NCBI RefSeq assembly: GCF_964204645.1
Contig: NC_134025.1
Location: forward strand, 27,508,299 to 27,572,298
Length of the DNA stretch: 64,000 nt
Direction of reading: 5' to 3'
DNA from: Tubulanus polymorphus
Taxonomy: Eukaryota > Animalia > Nemertea
Notes under the pieces: model-generated
What the model saw: only the letters and a program-made list of their open reading frames with translations
What the model was told of the DNA's origin: nothing
The model's database searches: none
Position numbers and translations under genes: made by a program
Shown: piece after piece, positions 1 through 13,441 of the stretch
Numbering within the stretch: position 1 is the first letter of the stretch
Layout of the letters: every line of letters starts with the position of its first letter

Positions 1-298
1 TCACTTAATAAACAGATAAAACCAACCTCAAATACGAAACACTTTTCGGAAGATAACACAGCCAATACTCAAGACTTTCATTAATTAACCTCATTCCATA
101 AATAATACATATATACTGCATTTTTACAAAGCACTTATTTAAGAAAAATACATCTATAGCCTAGTACGAGAGATTATTTTACTAAATCTAGATGGATGAA
201 AATAATATGATCCATCTGCAATTTTGATGGTTAGAAATACCGGAACTTATTTCGATGATTCTCATTTTATCTTCTATGATATTTAATAAGTGACTAAC

Positions 299-377
299 CT
301 GCTAAACATCGAATATTTAATCCGAACATTAGACAGCAAATGACCGCCGTCAGTGAAATCCATTCTGAGTTCTTCAT
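299..377 (-). CDS. First coding exon (signal peptide) of a gene continuing off the left edge of the window
   Basis: Exon 299-388 is bounded by a tttcag acceptor and a gttagt donor. ATG at 377 gives MKNSEWISLTAVICCLMFGLNIRCLA followed by a phase-1 intron, a typical signal-peptide exon. A possible non-coding exon donor lies near 470. Confidence 0.45.
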
Positions 378-854
378 TGTAAAATGCACTGAAAATCATT
401 CAAAATAACCACGCTTAAAAAACAATTGATTGGCATTATTTGTTGTTAATTTCTTGAAACTAAATTTTACCATTTGTGCATTCGAGCGCTCCAGACTTCA
501 GATCTTCATTCAGCTCAAACACGCCGCGCGCACCCGCTCTCGTCGACTAGCTAGTCGGAACTAAATAACACTCGAACGCGCGCAACACACGGAGACATCT
601 CACGGACCTTTTAATTATCAGAGATTATCAAAGTTATAAAATGGGAAAACTAAAAGGTTTATGTTCTTTAAGGGATTAGTTAGTTATTCCACGCTGCCCC
701 AAATAGGATGAAAAAGCTGTTTGAATTTAGTGTTATTCACATTCAATCTAAACCTTTAATCAATGGGCTCCAACTTTTTCAAATTGGTCCATCCGAGAAA
801 CAGAATTACTAACAGCATAATGAATGTAGGACTAAATCCATAATAAAAAAGAAG

Positions 855-926
855 TTCCCACACCGGGAATCGAACCCGGGCCGCCTGGGTGAAAGCCAGG
901 AATCCTAACCACTAGACCATATGGGA
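855..926 (-). tRNA. tRNA-Glu (anticodon TTC)
   Basis: Reverse complement is TCCCATATGGTCTAGTGGTTAGGATTCCTGGCTTTCACCCAGGCGGCCCGGGTTCGATTCCCGGTGTGGGAA (72 nt), a canonical animal Glu-TTC cloverleaf with A and B boxes, followed by an oligo-T Pol III terminator (845-850). Confidence 0.97.
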
Positions 927-1585
927 AGTTAGAATATCAAGTTGGTATTATAAGATTTAAACATGCTTACAAGAATTATCTGTCGTAATATACCGGTTGC
1001 CGTAAACAGGTCGAACCAGGAAGTTAGGTTTTCAATTCGACATTTCGTGTATTTTCCATTTAAAAGAGCGTTTTCTAGCCTTTAAAACTCCAACTAGCTC
1101 ACCAGAAGGAAAACTTTTATAGTTCCGGTACGTTACATTTTCTGAGGGTGCTATACATTTGATGTTTAGTCTGTACATCATCCAGGAGTGCCATCCCACC
1201 GGTCCCTGTGCCCTTCCTCGATTCTGATCATCATTGAGACGACATCTACTCCTGATTAGGACACGAACCATCATCATTCTCCATCCATCATTTTGGCCCA
1301 TATCTATTTTTTACCACCAACATCGCATAAGAAAGTGTTTTAATGGATTGATTGGTTTAGTTTCATGATAGGATATTTCACAAAAAGCCCATCCCGATGT
1401 TACTATAAAAGCTTACCACTGTCACACTGTCACTGAAACTAAACTACAAACGTCAACAGGTTTACTGACTGAACCCCACCAGCGAGGAGAGGCGAGCGGC
1501 CGCCATTATTCTAGACTTTCAGTACTACTTTTATGCTTAACTGTTAGATGTAATTGTTTGATATTTTTTTACTATTTTAAGAGTC

Positions 1586-2141
1586 ATGAATCAGATTGGA
1601 TGTCTCATTCGCCAGGTTTCTCAGCTTGCCATCCAGTCAACCCTGAAATGCCAATCCATTGTTCATCCTCAAACTACAGGTAATTTGTTTTGTTAAACTT
1701 CACAAATATGCATATTGCTCCATTGACTACTAAGATTAATACTTTTTTTTTCTAGGGATACTTTCAAGGCTGGGCTCTTCACCATTGGTACAGTCTCAGG
1801 CTTCGTGTCATTTTCTTGAATACTTGCACAAACGAGGACCACCAATCCCGAAGAAAAAGAAGCAGCATCCCTTGGAGGGAAATCCATTTAAAAAAGGAGT
1901 AATACTTAAAACTCTCATCAAAAAACCTAAAAAACCAAATTCAGCAAATCGTAAATGTGTTAGAGTTCGATTAACAACTGGAAAGGAAGTTATAGCGTAT
2001 GTTCCCGGAGAAGGACATAATTTACAAGAACATAATATAGTTTTAGTGAGAGGAGGCAGAACTAAAGATTTACCAGGCGTTAAACTGAAAGTAGTTCGTG
2101 GGAAATATGATTGTGCTCATGTGCAGAAAAAGAAACTATGA
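1586..2141 (+). CDS. MRPS12: Mitochondrial ribosomal protein S12 (uS12m), 2 exons (1586-1679, 1756-2141)
   Basis: uS12 motifs [11 protein letters not shown] and [25 protein letters not shown]. An N-terminal targeting-like exon joins in frame through a GT-AG intron. Confidence 0.93.
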
Positions 2142-2378
2142 GGATGCTTTGTTTTTTGTAGAAATAAACATATTCTAATTGAAAATTACGTCGCTTTTCT
2201 TATTTCAAAAGTTATTTTTTCTCAGAAGTAGGCTAAATATAGCAAATAAAAACCAGTTTTCTTTGGAGGCTGTTGACGTTAGTGCATAGAACGCACATTA
2301 GGCGGCGTTTGTGTTGTATAGTAACGGTGTCAACCTATTCTCTTCGGACATACGTTCTAGATCAGTCGGTTGTCGACC

Positions 2379-5300
2379 ATGGCTGGCAGTAGTCTTGCAG
2401 CTGGTGATATTGTCGCTATATGTCTATACTTTGCGGCTGTGATTGCTGCCGGAATCTATGTAAGTACTACGGTCAAGTTTTTTATTATTTAATTCATAAG
2501 CCTGGGCCATGTCATTTATTTTTCGCTAGCGGCTGATTTCAAGGATGGGTTTTTTCCATTCGATACCGGTAACGCTAACTAACATCGTCCCTATATGAAG
2601 TACATATCTTTATTCGGATTAAGAAGAGAACTAGTCTTCAAGAAATTGAATGCTATTTTGTTCTTCATTTTGTTTAGTTATATCGACATGAGCGTATATT
2701 GTAGTCTAATGATATGTTTTTCAGATTCTAATGATAGTGCTAAAAATCAGAAAATTATTGTTTTGTAAATTTCAGTCACTATGTCGCAGTAATCGAGGAA
2801 CGGTTAGCGGTTACTTTTTGGCTGGTCGATTTATGACATGGCTCCCAGTAAGTATCTTCAATTGCATTTCCGATTGAATGAATCTTCAACATGACTAACC
2901 ACCACAGGGACTTGACACAAAAGGATTTTGACCCCAGTATCCTAGGTACTATATATAAAAAAAGTATCAACTTCCTCTGATGTGACTCCTTTTTCTGTTT
3001 TGGTTATCATATCACTTCTAACACAATTTATTATTATAGTTTACTAATAGTCCTTATATTTTTACTAAGGGAGGCCTATTTAATAATTTTCAGAATATGT
3101 ATAGATAGGTTTCCATGATAATCCTGAAAGATGAGCATTTTGAAGTTTAGGTATCATGCTGACATATGACACAAAACTAGTAACAGCTTTATCGAGTTTA
3201 CTTTTGTTCTAATACTTTGTACAGATTTCATAAACTAAATAAATCAATTTATTTATACATTGAGAATCTATGACTATGTTAGACAGAGCAAATATTGTAT
3301 ATTTGTCTTAAAGATCACCCGGTACTTAAAACAAACTGATAGAAGCTTAGGGCACCATATGTTTAAATCTTGAGCAAAGTTTCAAATGAAACTATTTATC
3401 TAATGAAGTATCAGCTGGTGGAAGAATGAAATTGTGAAGTTTTCATATAACTCGGTATAATTTGACGGATTTTAACATTGACCATTTCTTCTTTATCATT
3501 AAAGATGAATATGTATTTTACAGGTTGGTGCATCTTTATTTGCAAGTAACATTGGTAGTGAACATTTCATTGGTTTGGCCGGGTCTGGAGCTGCCTCTGG
3601 TATTGGTGTTGGTGCATTTGAATTCAATGTGAGAATTTAGACAAAATTGCTAATGAATTGATAACTTTGTTTTCTGTTAATCACTATGCATTTATGTCAT
3701 TGTAATTGAAATATTGCAGGCATGTATCTTGGTTCAGATGATGGGATGGCTCTTCCTCCCTGTATTCATAGCCAGCGGGGTAAGACACATAAAAACTACC
3801 CTGTCACTTCTTATGCCTTGAATTCTGATTATCTTATTTCACAAAATGGAAATTTCAGGTTCATACATTACCAGAGTATATGAAAAAAAGATTTCATGGT
3901 AACAGAATTCGTATATACTTGGCATGTCTTTCGATTCTTCTTTATGTGTTTACAAAGATTTCGGTAAGCCCAACTTAATAGAGTCATCGCATAAACTAAT
4001 TCAATATTGAATCAAAAATTTTCAATAATATTTTAAATTCTCTTTATTAAAGGTAAATTTATATTCTGGTGCACTATTCATTCAACAGTCATTGGGCTGG
4101 AACTTGTATTTGTCTATTTTGCTGTTACTGGTTTTGACCGCTTTGTGCACTGTAACAGGTATGAACCTATCTACTATTCCAAGAAATCTTACATTTTTTT
4201 GTTATCACATTTGAAACTTTATTATTATAAGGTGGACTAGCGGCAGTAATCTATACAGATACACTACAGGCTTTTGTTATGGTCGCTGGAGCTTCTGTAC
4301 TAGCTGTCATGAGTAAGTCTTCAGTCTTCAAATTTTTCAAAAGTTTAGTGATAAATATCATTCATGAGAAATGCTGGCTGGCTTAATTGATTGATATATC
4401 ATTCTAGGCTTTTTGAAAGTTGGTGGATACCAGGGTCTACGTGAACAATACCCACTTGCAATAGCCAATGAAACTTTGTACAGTAACTCTACATGTGGAC
4501 TGCCCAGTGAGAAAGCATTTACGATGTTACGTGGACTCACAGATCCTGATATGCCATGGCTTGGATTCTTACTCGGTCAAACACCGGCATCTATTTGGTA
4601 TTGGTCCACTGATCAGATGATGGTACAGAGAGCTCTTGCTGCTAAAAGTCTATCACACGCTCAAGGTGGTTGTTTGTTATGTGGTTATCTGAAGATGTTA
4701 CCTTTGTTCATTATAATCATGCCCGGAATGATCAGTAGAGTTCTATATCCCAGTAAGTTATTATGCAAACCTTAAACATCTAATAGTATCGAAGTGAAGG
4801 ACTGGAATGTACATGAATCATTTTTGTTATTTTATTTATGAGTTCATTCTTTCCTCCGAATAAATCGGCCGAATCTAATGACCGCTTCAACGTGTAAATG
4901 TAATTTATTGAATTTAAGATGAAGTGGCCTGTTCTGATCCACAGACATGTTATGAGGTATGTCAGAGTACTAGTGGATGTTCTAATATCGCTTATCCTAA
5001 ATTGGTTTTGGGTATAATGCCACAAGGTATGTTCATTTAGTTAACAAAATCATGCTTGTTACATTGTATAAGCTTACACTGAAATATAATTACCGATATT
5101 ACATGTTGCACATATATGATATAACAGGATTGAGAGGAATAATGATGGCTGTTATGCTAGCTGCTCTTATGAGTGATTTGACATCAATATTCAACAGTGC
5201 ATCAACTCTGATAACCATGGACATCTATAGACATATCCGGAAAAAGGCAAAAAATCGTGAACTGATGATAGTTGGCAGGTAAGTAAACGTATCCACAATG

Positions 5301-6496
5301 AAAAACATCATGAGTATGAGAATTGTGTCGATGATTTTGATATGGATATCCTGACAATTGTCATCGATAGTATACTGTTTTCTATATATAGGTTGTTTGT
5401 TTTGGTGATGGTTGGAATATCCATAGTGTGGATTCCAGTTATTCAAGAATTCCAGGGAGGACAACTGTTTATCTACATTCAAGTGATCAGCGCCCATTTG
5501 GCACCACCCATTGCCGCTGTATATTTGCTCGCTATTCTTTGGAAACGTGCAACAGAAAAGGTTGATATTTTGAATATCGATTGACATGAAATTTAGAATT
5601 GAAATGCAAATAATAAATTATTTCATTGCATCTTTCCTTCGTGGATTTCAGGGGGTTTTTTGGGGATTGATGATTGGTTTAGTTATCGGTTTAACTCGGA
5701 TGGTTTTGGAATTTGTGTACAAAGAACCTCTATGCGGTGAACCAGACACACGACCTCTCATCCTTTCCCAGGTGCACTACATGTATTTTGCGTTGGGATT
5801 ATTCTGGGTTGTCGGAGCCACGATGGTCGTCATCAGCTTACTAACTGCCCCAACTCCTAATGACCGGGTAAGAAATACAAAATACCAAAAAGTACCAAAT
5901 TTATAATAATTATTATTATTTAGATAGAGTTTGAATTTTTAGTTCTGATTTTATATATTTATTTGTAGCTAATTCGAACAACGTTTTGGACGCGATATGA
6001 TAAAGGCGTCCACCCGGATGACCGACTGCTGGCTGACTATACAGGAGTCAATGCCGATAAAGTGGGAGATACAAGTGAAAACGAGCCTCCTCAATCGAGT
6101 CAACATCATTTAATTGAAAAGATAGAAATGGATAAGATCAACCTTGAAGATAAGGAAACGATAGCTAATGAAATTGGTCAGTATACCTTTTCTGATTTAT
6201 CATATCAAATGATGATTCAGTAAATTTGTGATTTATCTGAGATGTGATGTCATTTTGTAGAAACGGAAGATGTGGAAATTAGAGAAAGAAGCTTAAGAGG
6301 GTATTGCGTTCGTGGATTTAATTGGTTTTGCGGATTTGAATCTGACCCAGAAAAAGCTGCCGAATTTGAAGCTCATTTAAAAGGATTGACGGCTTTGAAA
6401 CAGGATCCAAGAGCCAAGAAGGCTCTGGTCACGATGCTCGTATTCATTAGTATTTTGACAGCATTTTTGTATGGGTTCTTCTCAGCTGGTTCCTAG
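2379..6496 (+). CDS. Sodium:solute symporter, SLC5A3/SMIT-like (sodium/myo-inositol or sugar cotransporter), multi-exon
   Basis: Exons encode [74 protein letters not shown] and [18 protein letters not shown], plus a C-terminal TM helix. All are SLC5 hallmarks; exact paralog not resolved. Confidence 0.9.
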
Positions 6497-6717
6497 CTGA
6501 TCATCGCTGAGATATATCATCAGCATTTGTCCGTACATACATTATGTCCACTGATCATTGATGTTCATGGTCAGTGTCGCATTATGTATAGCTTCCAAGT
6601 ATTATAGTTTTATAACTGGAGAGTATTTTAATAGAACGTATTGCAAATAATTTTCTGGTGTTACAAAGCTGAATATTTTCTTTGGTTTCTATTGACCTAA
6701 AGGCTCTGTAAACTTTA

Positions 6718-7001
6718 ATTCTAATATTGCCATTAATAAGATAAAATCCCACTATTTACAGATTAAAAGAATTTAAAAACCAGAATTTATCTATTAAATC
6801 TAAAATATTTAAAAGACACGACGTTTCGATCTCACCCTAGAGATCATCGTCAGGTGAGATCAAAACGTCGTGTCTTTTAGATATTTTAGATTTAATAAAT
6901 AAATTCTGGTTTTTAAATTCTTTTAATCTGTAAATAGTGGGATTTTATCTTATTATCCGTTCACCACGTTTGAGTGTGGTCATCATTCTAATATTGCCAT
7001 T
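6718..7001. mobile_element. Penelope-like (PLE) fold-back insertion with 17-bp target-site duplication
   Basis: ATTCTAATATTGCCATT is directly repeated at 6718-6734 and 6985-7001. It flanks ~100-bp inverted arms (6734-6836 / 6853-6955) and a ~29-bp unpaired tail (6956-6984), with a hammerhead core at the centre. Confidence 0.7.
6815..6853 (-). ncRNA. Minimal hammerhead ribozyme core (stem I disrupted by the inversion junction)
   Basis: Minus strand reads CTGACGA-T-GATCTC-TAGGGT-GAGATC-GAAAC-GTCGT-GTC: CUGANGA box, 6-bp stem II, GAAA box, very short stem III and a GUC cleavage triplet. Confidence 0.6.
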
Positions 7002-9723
7002 GTTTTTGTCTTCCTATTCAATGTTTAAGCATGCGTTTTGATTTCACTTTTCAACCTTTGGTGACCATGAATAGAACAAGAATTTTTCATGCCTCAAGGA
7101 GTCATGCGATTGAAATGCTTTACTTTTTGTCTATAAGGTATCAAGATATCTATAGAATACAAATACAATATCAGGAACAATGTATTGATTGTAGTCATAT
7201 ATATGAAATTAACTTGATTTAGGGATGAATCTACTATTGTATCACTTGCCAGCTTTCCGACGAAGAAATAAATGATTCATTCTGTTCTGGTGTGTACTTG
7301 TTATGCCAATGATATCACAGAGATCTCTACAATGTACGTAGAATGCGTTGCGAAAAACTTCACTGCATTTATTTCCTTCATAGACTTACACAAAATTCAA
7401 CAAGTATGAAGCTCAAGCCATTCCAATTTTATCTGATGCGTCCATCTTCAGTTTTTTCGTAAGTGTTTTTCTGTTGTTTTGCAGACAATTTTTGGAGCAA
7501 CAATCATTTAATTTATGTTAAACACTTAGTGGATTCCAAAATGTTATTATCAAATTGATTTACACTTTTTTTTTGTTTTACGTATTTACATTGATATTTG
7601 TAGAAAATGTTTGTAAATAAGATAAGTCTGGTTTTTTAGTGGTATTGCAATTAAGTAACAGTTTATGTTTCATAGATATTGTTGGATTGATTATTAAAAT
7701 CATGTGAGGTGTGAGGATTGAAGTCCTTCAAATTTTCGAGGCATATTTTTAGTCTGGGTCATGATTTTGATATAAGTGCATAAAAAGACGTGTATAAACA
7801 TGTTATTAGTAATTTTGGATTGTTTCTATTATATTATTTTCTTCTGTCTCAATAATGTTTAGTTTATTTATTTTCATCCGATATTTTGTACATTATCTTA
7901 AGTTAATGAATCTCATTTAGAATGAATCTGGAAAGTTTATGTTTGGTGCATTATAAAGAACTCAAATGCATTTGTTTACAATCTGTGGTTCTACGTAGAG
8001 TTATTCAAAGCACGCGAACACCACTGAAGTCCATGGTAAAAACCAAATAGTTACCAGTCAAATCCGTGTCACAAACCTATTATGCATGTATATATGTAAA
8101 TTCAAGAAATTTCGTTAGCAATAGTTAATTTGTTGCATACAATACATGTACTAGTGACCACAATCCTAAAATAAATGTTTGGGAAACCTCATTTCAATTC
8201 AACTCAAAATTAGATGAGCCTCTGCGTGTATTTGTTACAATTTATCTAATCACGAATTGTGTGTTGTTTGTAGATTACGATATATATTCTAAACAGAGTT
8301 TTACCAAATAAATACCGTAGTGATAACGGATTCTATAAAACTTCAATTGTGACGTCGTTTTGGTTTGTTTGCTGTGTTGTTGTCTTTGGCTGCTGCATCT
8401 TTAGTTACTCAGCATCCCGTCAGATGGAGTGATCTTAAAGTAGGTCAAGGTTCTTGCGGCTTCCTCCTCTCTGAGAACAAAGCATCTTCGTTGTTCCCTG
8501 GATTTATCACGAAAAATCAGGTAAATGATTTGAAATTAATGTAAGAAAATATATGATTGGGTTGCGGACTTTTTACTGAATATATTGGTATATAATTTTC
8601 CTGGATATATCGTTAAAAGATGAGATAAATCTAGATACATTACAAGGAAAACTCGGTAAACTCTTATGTACATTGCCTGGAATGAATCTGACGTTTTTCA
8701 TGTTTATGGATTCTTGTTTAAACCCCATATTATCAACATTTTTTCGTTCGATTGATTCCTATTTATCTTATACATAAGTTATGATCTTTGGTACCGGTAT
8801 CTAATTTGAAGTTCTGTGGACTTCGTAATTACATACATAGTTAGTTGAATTACGTAGAATAATGAAATGGAAAGTTACGTAGTTATTTTTATAAACGTTA
8901 AGAAACAATGAGAGTTGGATATAAGCAATGAGAAATGTATTGATATTCAAATAAACGGAATAGAAAATTTATCTATGGTAATTAATAGCGTGAATTTGTA
9001 CAGCTTTTTGCCACCATAGTGCTGCCATCTGATAGCTGATTCTTGAACTATTATTCAGTAAAAAAGTTATTTCGCGCTATATTTTCTCAGCGCCGCCAAC
9101 TTAATCTTTTTACGGCGCTTGGGCCGGAGAAATTTTTCAGAAAACTGCTTTGAAGAAATTATTTGAAGATATTCCACTACAGTTCGATCTTTTCCTGTTC
9201 TTTGAAAGATATTTATATTCATCAAAAACAAACGTTCAAGTGTCGAAACTACGTATCTGAAAATTTTAAAAGATCCTTCAGCAGAAGAGATTTTTATTCG
9301 ATAAAATGAACGAAGAAGCCCAAAGATTCATCGATTAGAAGGATATAACTGAAAGACAGTACTGCCGAGACCACTCCATAGTGGATGTTTTCACCATTGA
9401 TCTAGCCCAACTGATTTGAATAGATCGGTACATTTGATCGGTTAGATAATATTTTTGATACAATGTATGAAACTATTTACAAGTTTCATAAACTGATAAA
9501 AAATCAATCCAGAGTCAATTCTTGGAATACATTCTGTGTGAATCGCGGTTTTAAAACAATTCTTATATTTCACCACCCACTATCTGCAGCTAGAGGCTTT
9601 CATCGTGAGGTATAATATTTCTACCCTGGAATAAACCCTGACGGAAACTGTCAGCTTTCACTAATGGTTAATCTTCGTTTGGAGTTTTTAAGCCTTTTCA
9701 ACTCATTTTCAGATAGAAAGAAA

Positions 9724-10506
9724 ATGAGTCGTTACATTTACTTTTGTGGAAGCATTCGCGGTGGTCGAACCGATGCAGAGTTGTACGGTCGTCTCATCGA
9801 GAAACTGAAGACATACGGTACAGTTCTGACTGAGCATGTCGCTGGAAAGGATGGCAATGAAGATGGCTCCTTGAAAAGTAATATATTCATATGATACAAA
9901 TCTGTACCTTGGAGTATGATTACCCCACGGTGAAATGTAGAATGGTATTTTTACACCCAGGTTTAGACTTAGGCGTTTCATTGCTCACGCGTACTTTCAG
10001 GTGAAGATGACGATAGAGCTGTCCATGACCGAGACCTGAAATGGTTGGATCAGGCAGATGGTAAAGCCAGTCGCTCAAAATTAACGTAAAAATTTAAGAA
10101 ATATCTAGTAAATACACTGTGTTATATGTTAAATTACAGTTGTCGTAGCTGAAGTGACCCAACCCTCACTAGGCGTAGGTTATGAAATCGGACGCGCGAT
10201 TGCAATGGGAGACAAGAGGATTTTGTGTTTATACCGACCACAAGGAGAACGAAGTAAGTTTCATATTTCCGAGAAAAGTATTGTTTTGAATTTTAAGCAA
10301 GGTATGTATATATGTTTGACATTTATTTGTGTTGGTGTCTAGAACTGTCAGCGATGATCCGAGGAGCTGACAATGGAGATAACGTCACAGTGAAAGACTA
10401 CAAGGAGGCCGAAGCCGACGAAATTTTTAAGGATTTTTTCCTCATCGATGACGACGTCGACGACGAAGAAGAAGAGGAAAACGAAGAGGAAAATGGTACC
10501 GAGTAA
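9724..10506 (+). CDS. DNPH1: 2'-deoxynucleoside 5'-phosphate N-hydrolase 1 (Rcl), 4 coding exons
   Basis: IYFCGSIRGGR, YGTVLTEHV, VHDRDLKWLDQAD, EVTQPSLGVGYEIGRA and LSAMIRGA join in frame across GT-AG introns; the protein ends in an acidic tail. Confidence 0.92.
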
Positions 10507-11574
10507 AATCATTCCATTGTAAATATACCGCCGGTGAAAAAAATATCATCAATCGAAGAATAACATCAGTGTACATAGCGATACGTTAATATAGAAAACC
10601 ATGGAAAACATCGTGTGACAGTCCGTCTCTTAAAAACAGAAAACATGAATTAAAATCTTTTTGTGAATTGATTGAAACATTTAATTGATAATCATGGGAT
10701 AAACTTCTAGTGGTGGCACATGAGGTATGTTGAATTATCAGGTAAATAACTATAGATTTGAATGCAAACTACGTATTTCTTGATAGGCAGATTTTTTCAT
10801 TTTCTGATTTTATGAAAAACTCATTTCTCGAATAACAAAAATTTCACTTTTATATCTCATCATTTGTGAAGGAAAGCATGTTTCTCATCCCGAGATCACA
10901 TATATATATATATATATAAATATATACGTATTTTTTCGCTTTGTAATTTTGTTATTTGAAGTTATGATGAACATAGACTATGAAGTATATAATTCCGCGT
11001 GTATATAAAGTAGCCTTTGTAATAAGAACCTGAAGTGGAAAGAGTATATATTGTAACTATAAGTACGAAAGATCATTAGTACAAACAACAAGACCGAAAT
11101 ATTTCATTGGACAGAGATTTAGATTGGTTGTGGCATTGATGTCTTGCGTTAATTTGTAAACTCTCAGGAATATAATAATAGTAATAATGATGATTATAAA
11201 TATATATATACTTAAAGGTTACTGTATATGGAATGAATTTTGGTGAAAAACCAATTTATTTAAGCGGGTTTTATACATAACAACTTCTAATTAATAGGCC
11301 TTGTGTATACGTTATCGTAAATCTGTCTCGTAGATTTAGCGCTTAGGATGCTCTAGCTGTTGTAAGCGAAGCGTCATTTTATCTTTTTTTGTTTTATAGT
11401 ATTATTTCTTTACTTGACAAGAAGTTCAGTATGGATGTATGTATATATATGTTTGAACGTGATGTGTTTGTGTAGTGACCTTATAGAACAACGGACACAT
11501 ACTGGAATTGATTCTTGGAAACAGCGCTTCATTTCTGATCTCAGACGAACCCCCGCGTGCTCTGACAATTCATT

Positions 11575-12904
11575 TTATCCGCGCGTATTGTTATTGTGAA
11601 GACCTTTGAGTGCTCTATCACAAAACCAGCTTGCATTTACTCTGATTTCGGATCCAGCATTCTCGGTTATGTTCCGCGCTTGTTGTAACAGTGTGAGATT
11701 GATTTTGTCGTTGATCCACAATGGAAATCTTGGCAGTTCATGTATTGTACATTATTCATTCAAAACCCTTATCATAGATCTCATTTTGTTCATTAACCAT
11801 ATATTATCGAGGAATTTTCTTACTGAATGATACCTGCATAGAAACGGCTTGTTTTTGTTTGAAAAAAGTGATAGACTTTCTATTGTGACAGAAGAGGCAG
11901 CACTTATCCTGGCAATATTTATATATAGTTTTAAAATTGGTCATCCGTATTGTAACGATTAAGTCTTCTAACATGACTTCTGGAAATATTTTCCAATCTA
12001 ACTGGCTGGACACACATTCTCTAAATTCTGCTGAAATAGACATGGAGTGTTTTGGCTTGCTTGTGTACACTACGTTAAATGCAACAGCTACGAGCTTTCT
12101 CATTGAAATCCCACCGTCAATTGAGAGCAGTTGTTGCGGAAAAGCCAACATTTTTATACGAATGAAATTATAGTATAATGAAGCTAGGCTAAGTTAAAAG
12201 GTATGTTGAAGTAAACTTCAAGTGACTTTGTTGTAGTAAATTGGGACAACTGTTCACCCTTTCAACCACCGATTCGTAATGAAATACCGGTATAATATCT
12301 GAAGATATTGCAATCAATGGAAGATGCATATTTTACCATAATGAATTGATAAACCATATGGAATTAATTTTTACTAACGCACAGTATCCATATCATCTAT
12401 ATTCATATTTCAAATTCGCATGAAATGCCGCATCAACGAATGAAAAAAATGCTAATTTATTTATTGTATATATACATATACGTACGACTGAACTATTATA
12501 TATTGTCTAGCAGAACAGTCCCTATACTTATATATAAACTGGTTTGAATGTATTGTGTAGATATTTAGACGTTCAATAAAATGATAAATATTTGTGGATT
12601 GAAAACAAACAAAAAATGTTGTTTCTTTTACTCTCCTCGAGATGAATCAAAGCAGCTAAGAGTACAGGAGCGGATCCAGACGCGAGTACAAGGAGCCCGT
12701 AATGATCGCTCGTAGATTGAAGAGAGTGCATATTATCGCAATATGGGGACCGCGAGGGACCGCCACCATATGGCGCCTAAAAGCTGGAAACTTCTTTATA
12801 ATGTCGTACCGGTAGGGTAACGAAATGACATTAAACCTCAACACATGCAGCATTGTCCTTTCCAGCAACCGAGTTAGATTAAAATGGTTTTTGATCGCAT
12901 TCAA
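11575..12904 (-). pseudogene. Possible decayed Mab-21/cGAS-like nucleotidyltransferase gene
   Basis: Frame-broken fragments in Mab-21-like order: IITGSLY, DWKIFPEVMLEDLI, CLFCHNRKSITFF, HELPRFPLWINDKINL. Resemblance judged by eye only; there are stops and frameshifts. Confidence 0.25.
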
Positions 12905-13441
12905 AAAAACGATAATTGAAATAGAAAAATCCTTTAAACATCTGAATTTCGATTTGAATCTTATTCATCTCAAATGAAGACAATAATATTCCATGAATCC
13001 ACGTTTCCTTCACTATATGAATAAATGTCAGGAGATATGTAGCCCGGTAACCAGGTGGATATATGAATATAGAGCCAATGAATTCAGTCGACCTGCAGTT
13101 GCAATAAACACCAACTGACGAAGATATAAACCAAAATTAAATCTTAAAACGACCACACAGAAACTTTTTAACTAATCATTAAAATATATTACAAAATATC
13201 AACATCGACCATCACATTCGGTTAATACATATCACAGTCTACGAGACATTCACAATATACAGGCTTCGATATAACGAAGCTACGTCAGAAATGTTTCTAT
13301 CACAATACACAAGCTTTCATTGTTTTTGATTTTATATCCTGCGTTTTCACACACATTCACTGACAACTCAGAGCAGAACGCCGTGGCACACTATTGCCAG
13401 TTAATGTAACAATCTTCCACGATTTATCAGTCAACCAGATA

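Noticed and set aside
1032-1301. 89-aa minus-strand ORF between the tRNA and MRPS12
   Set aside because: No recognisable motif or splice context; probably a chance ORF in a promoter region.
8380-9610. GC-richer blocks with splice donors upstream of DNPH1 (possible ncRNA or separate gene)
   Set aside because: No sustained ORF or snRNA/snoRNA motif; most simply alternative 5' UTR exons of DNPH1.
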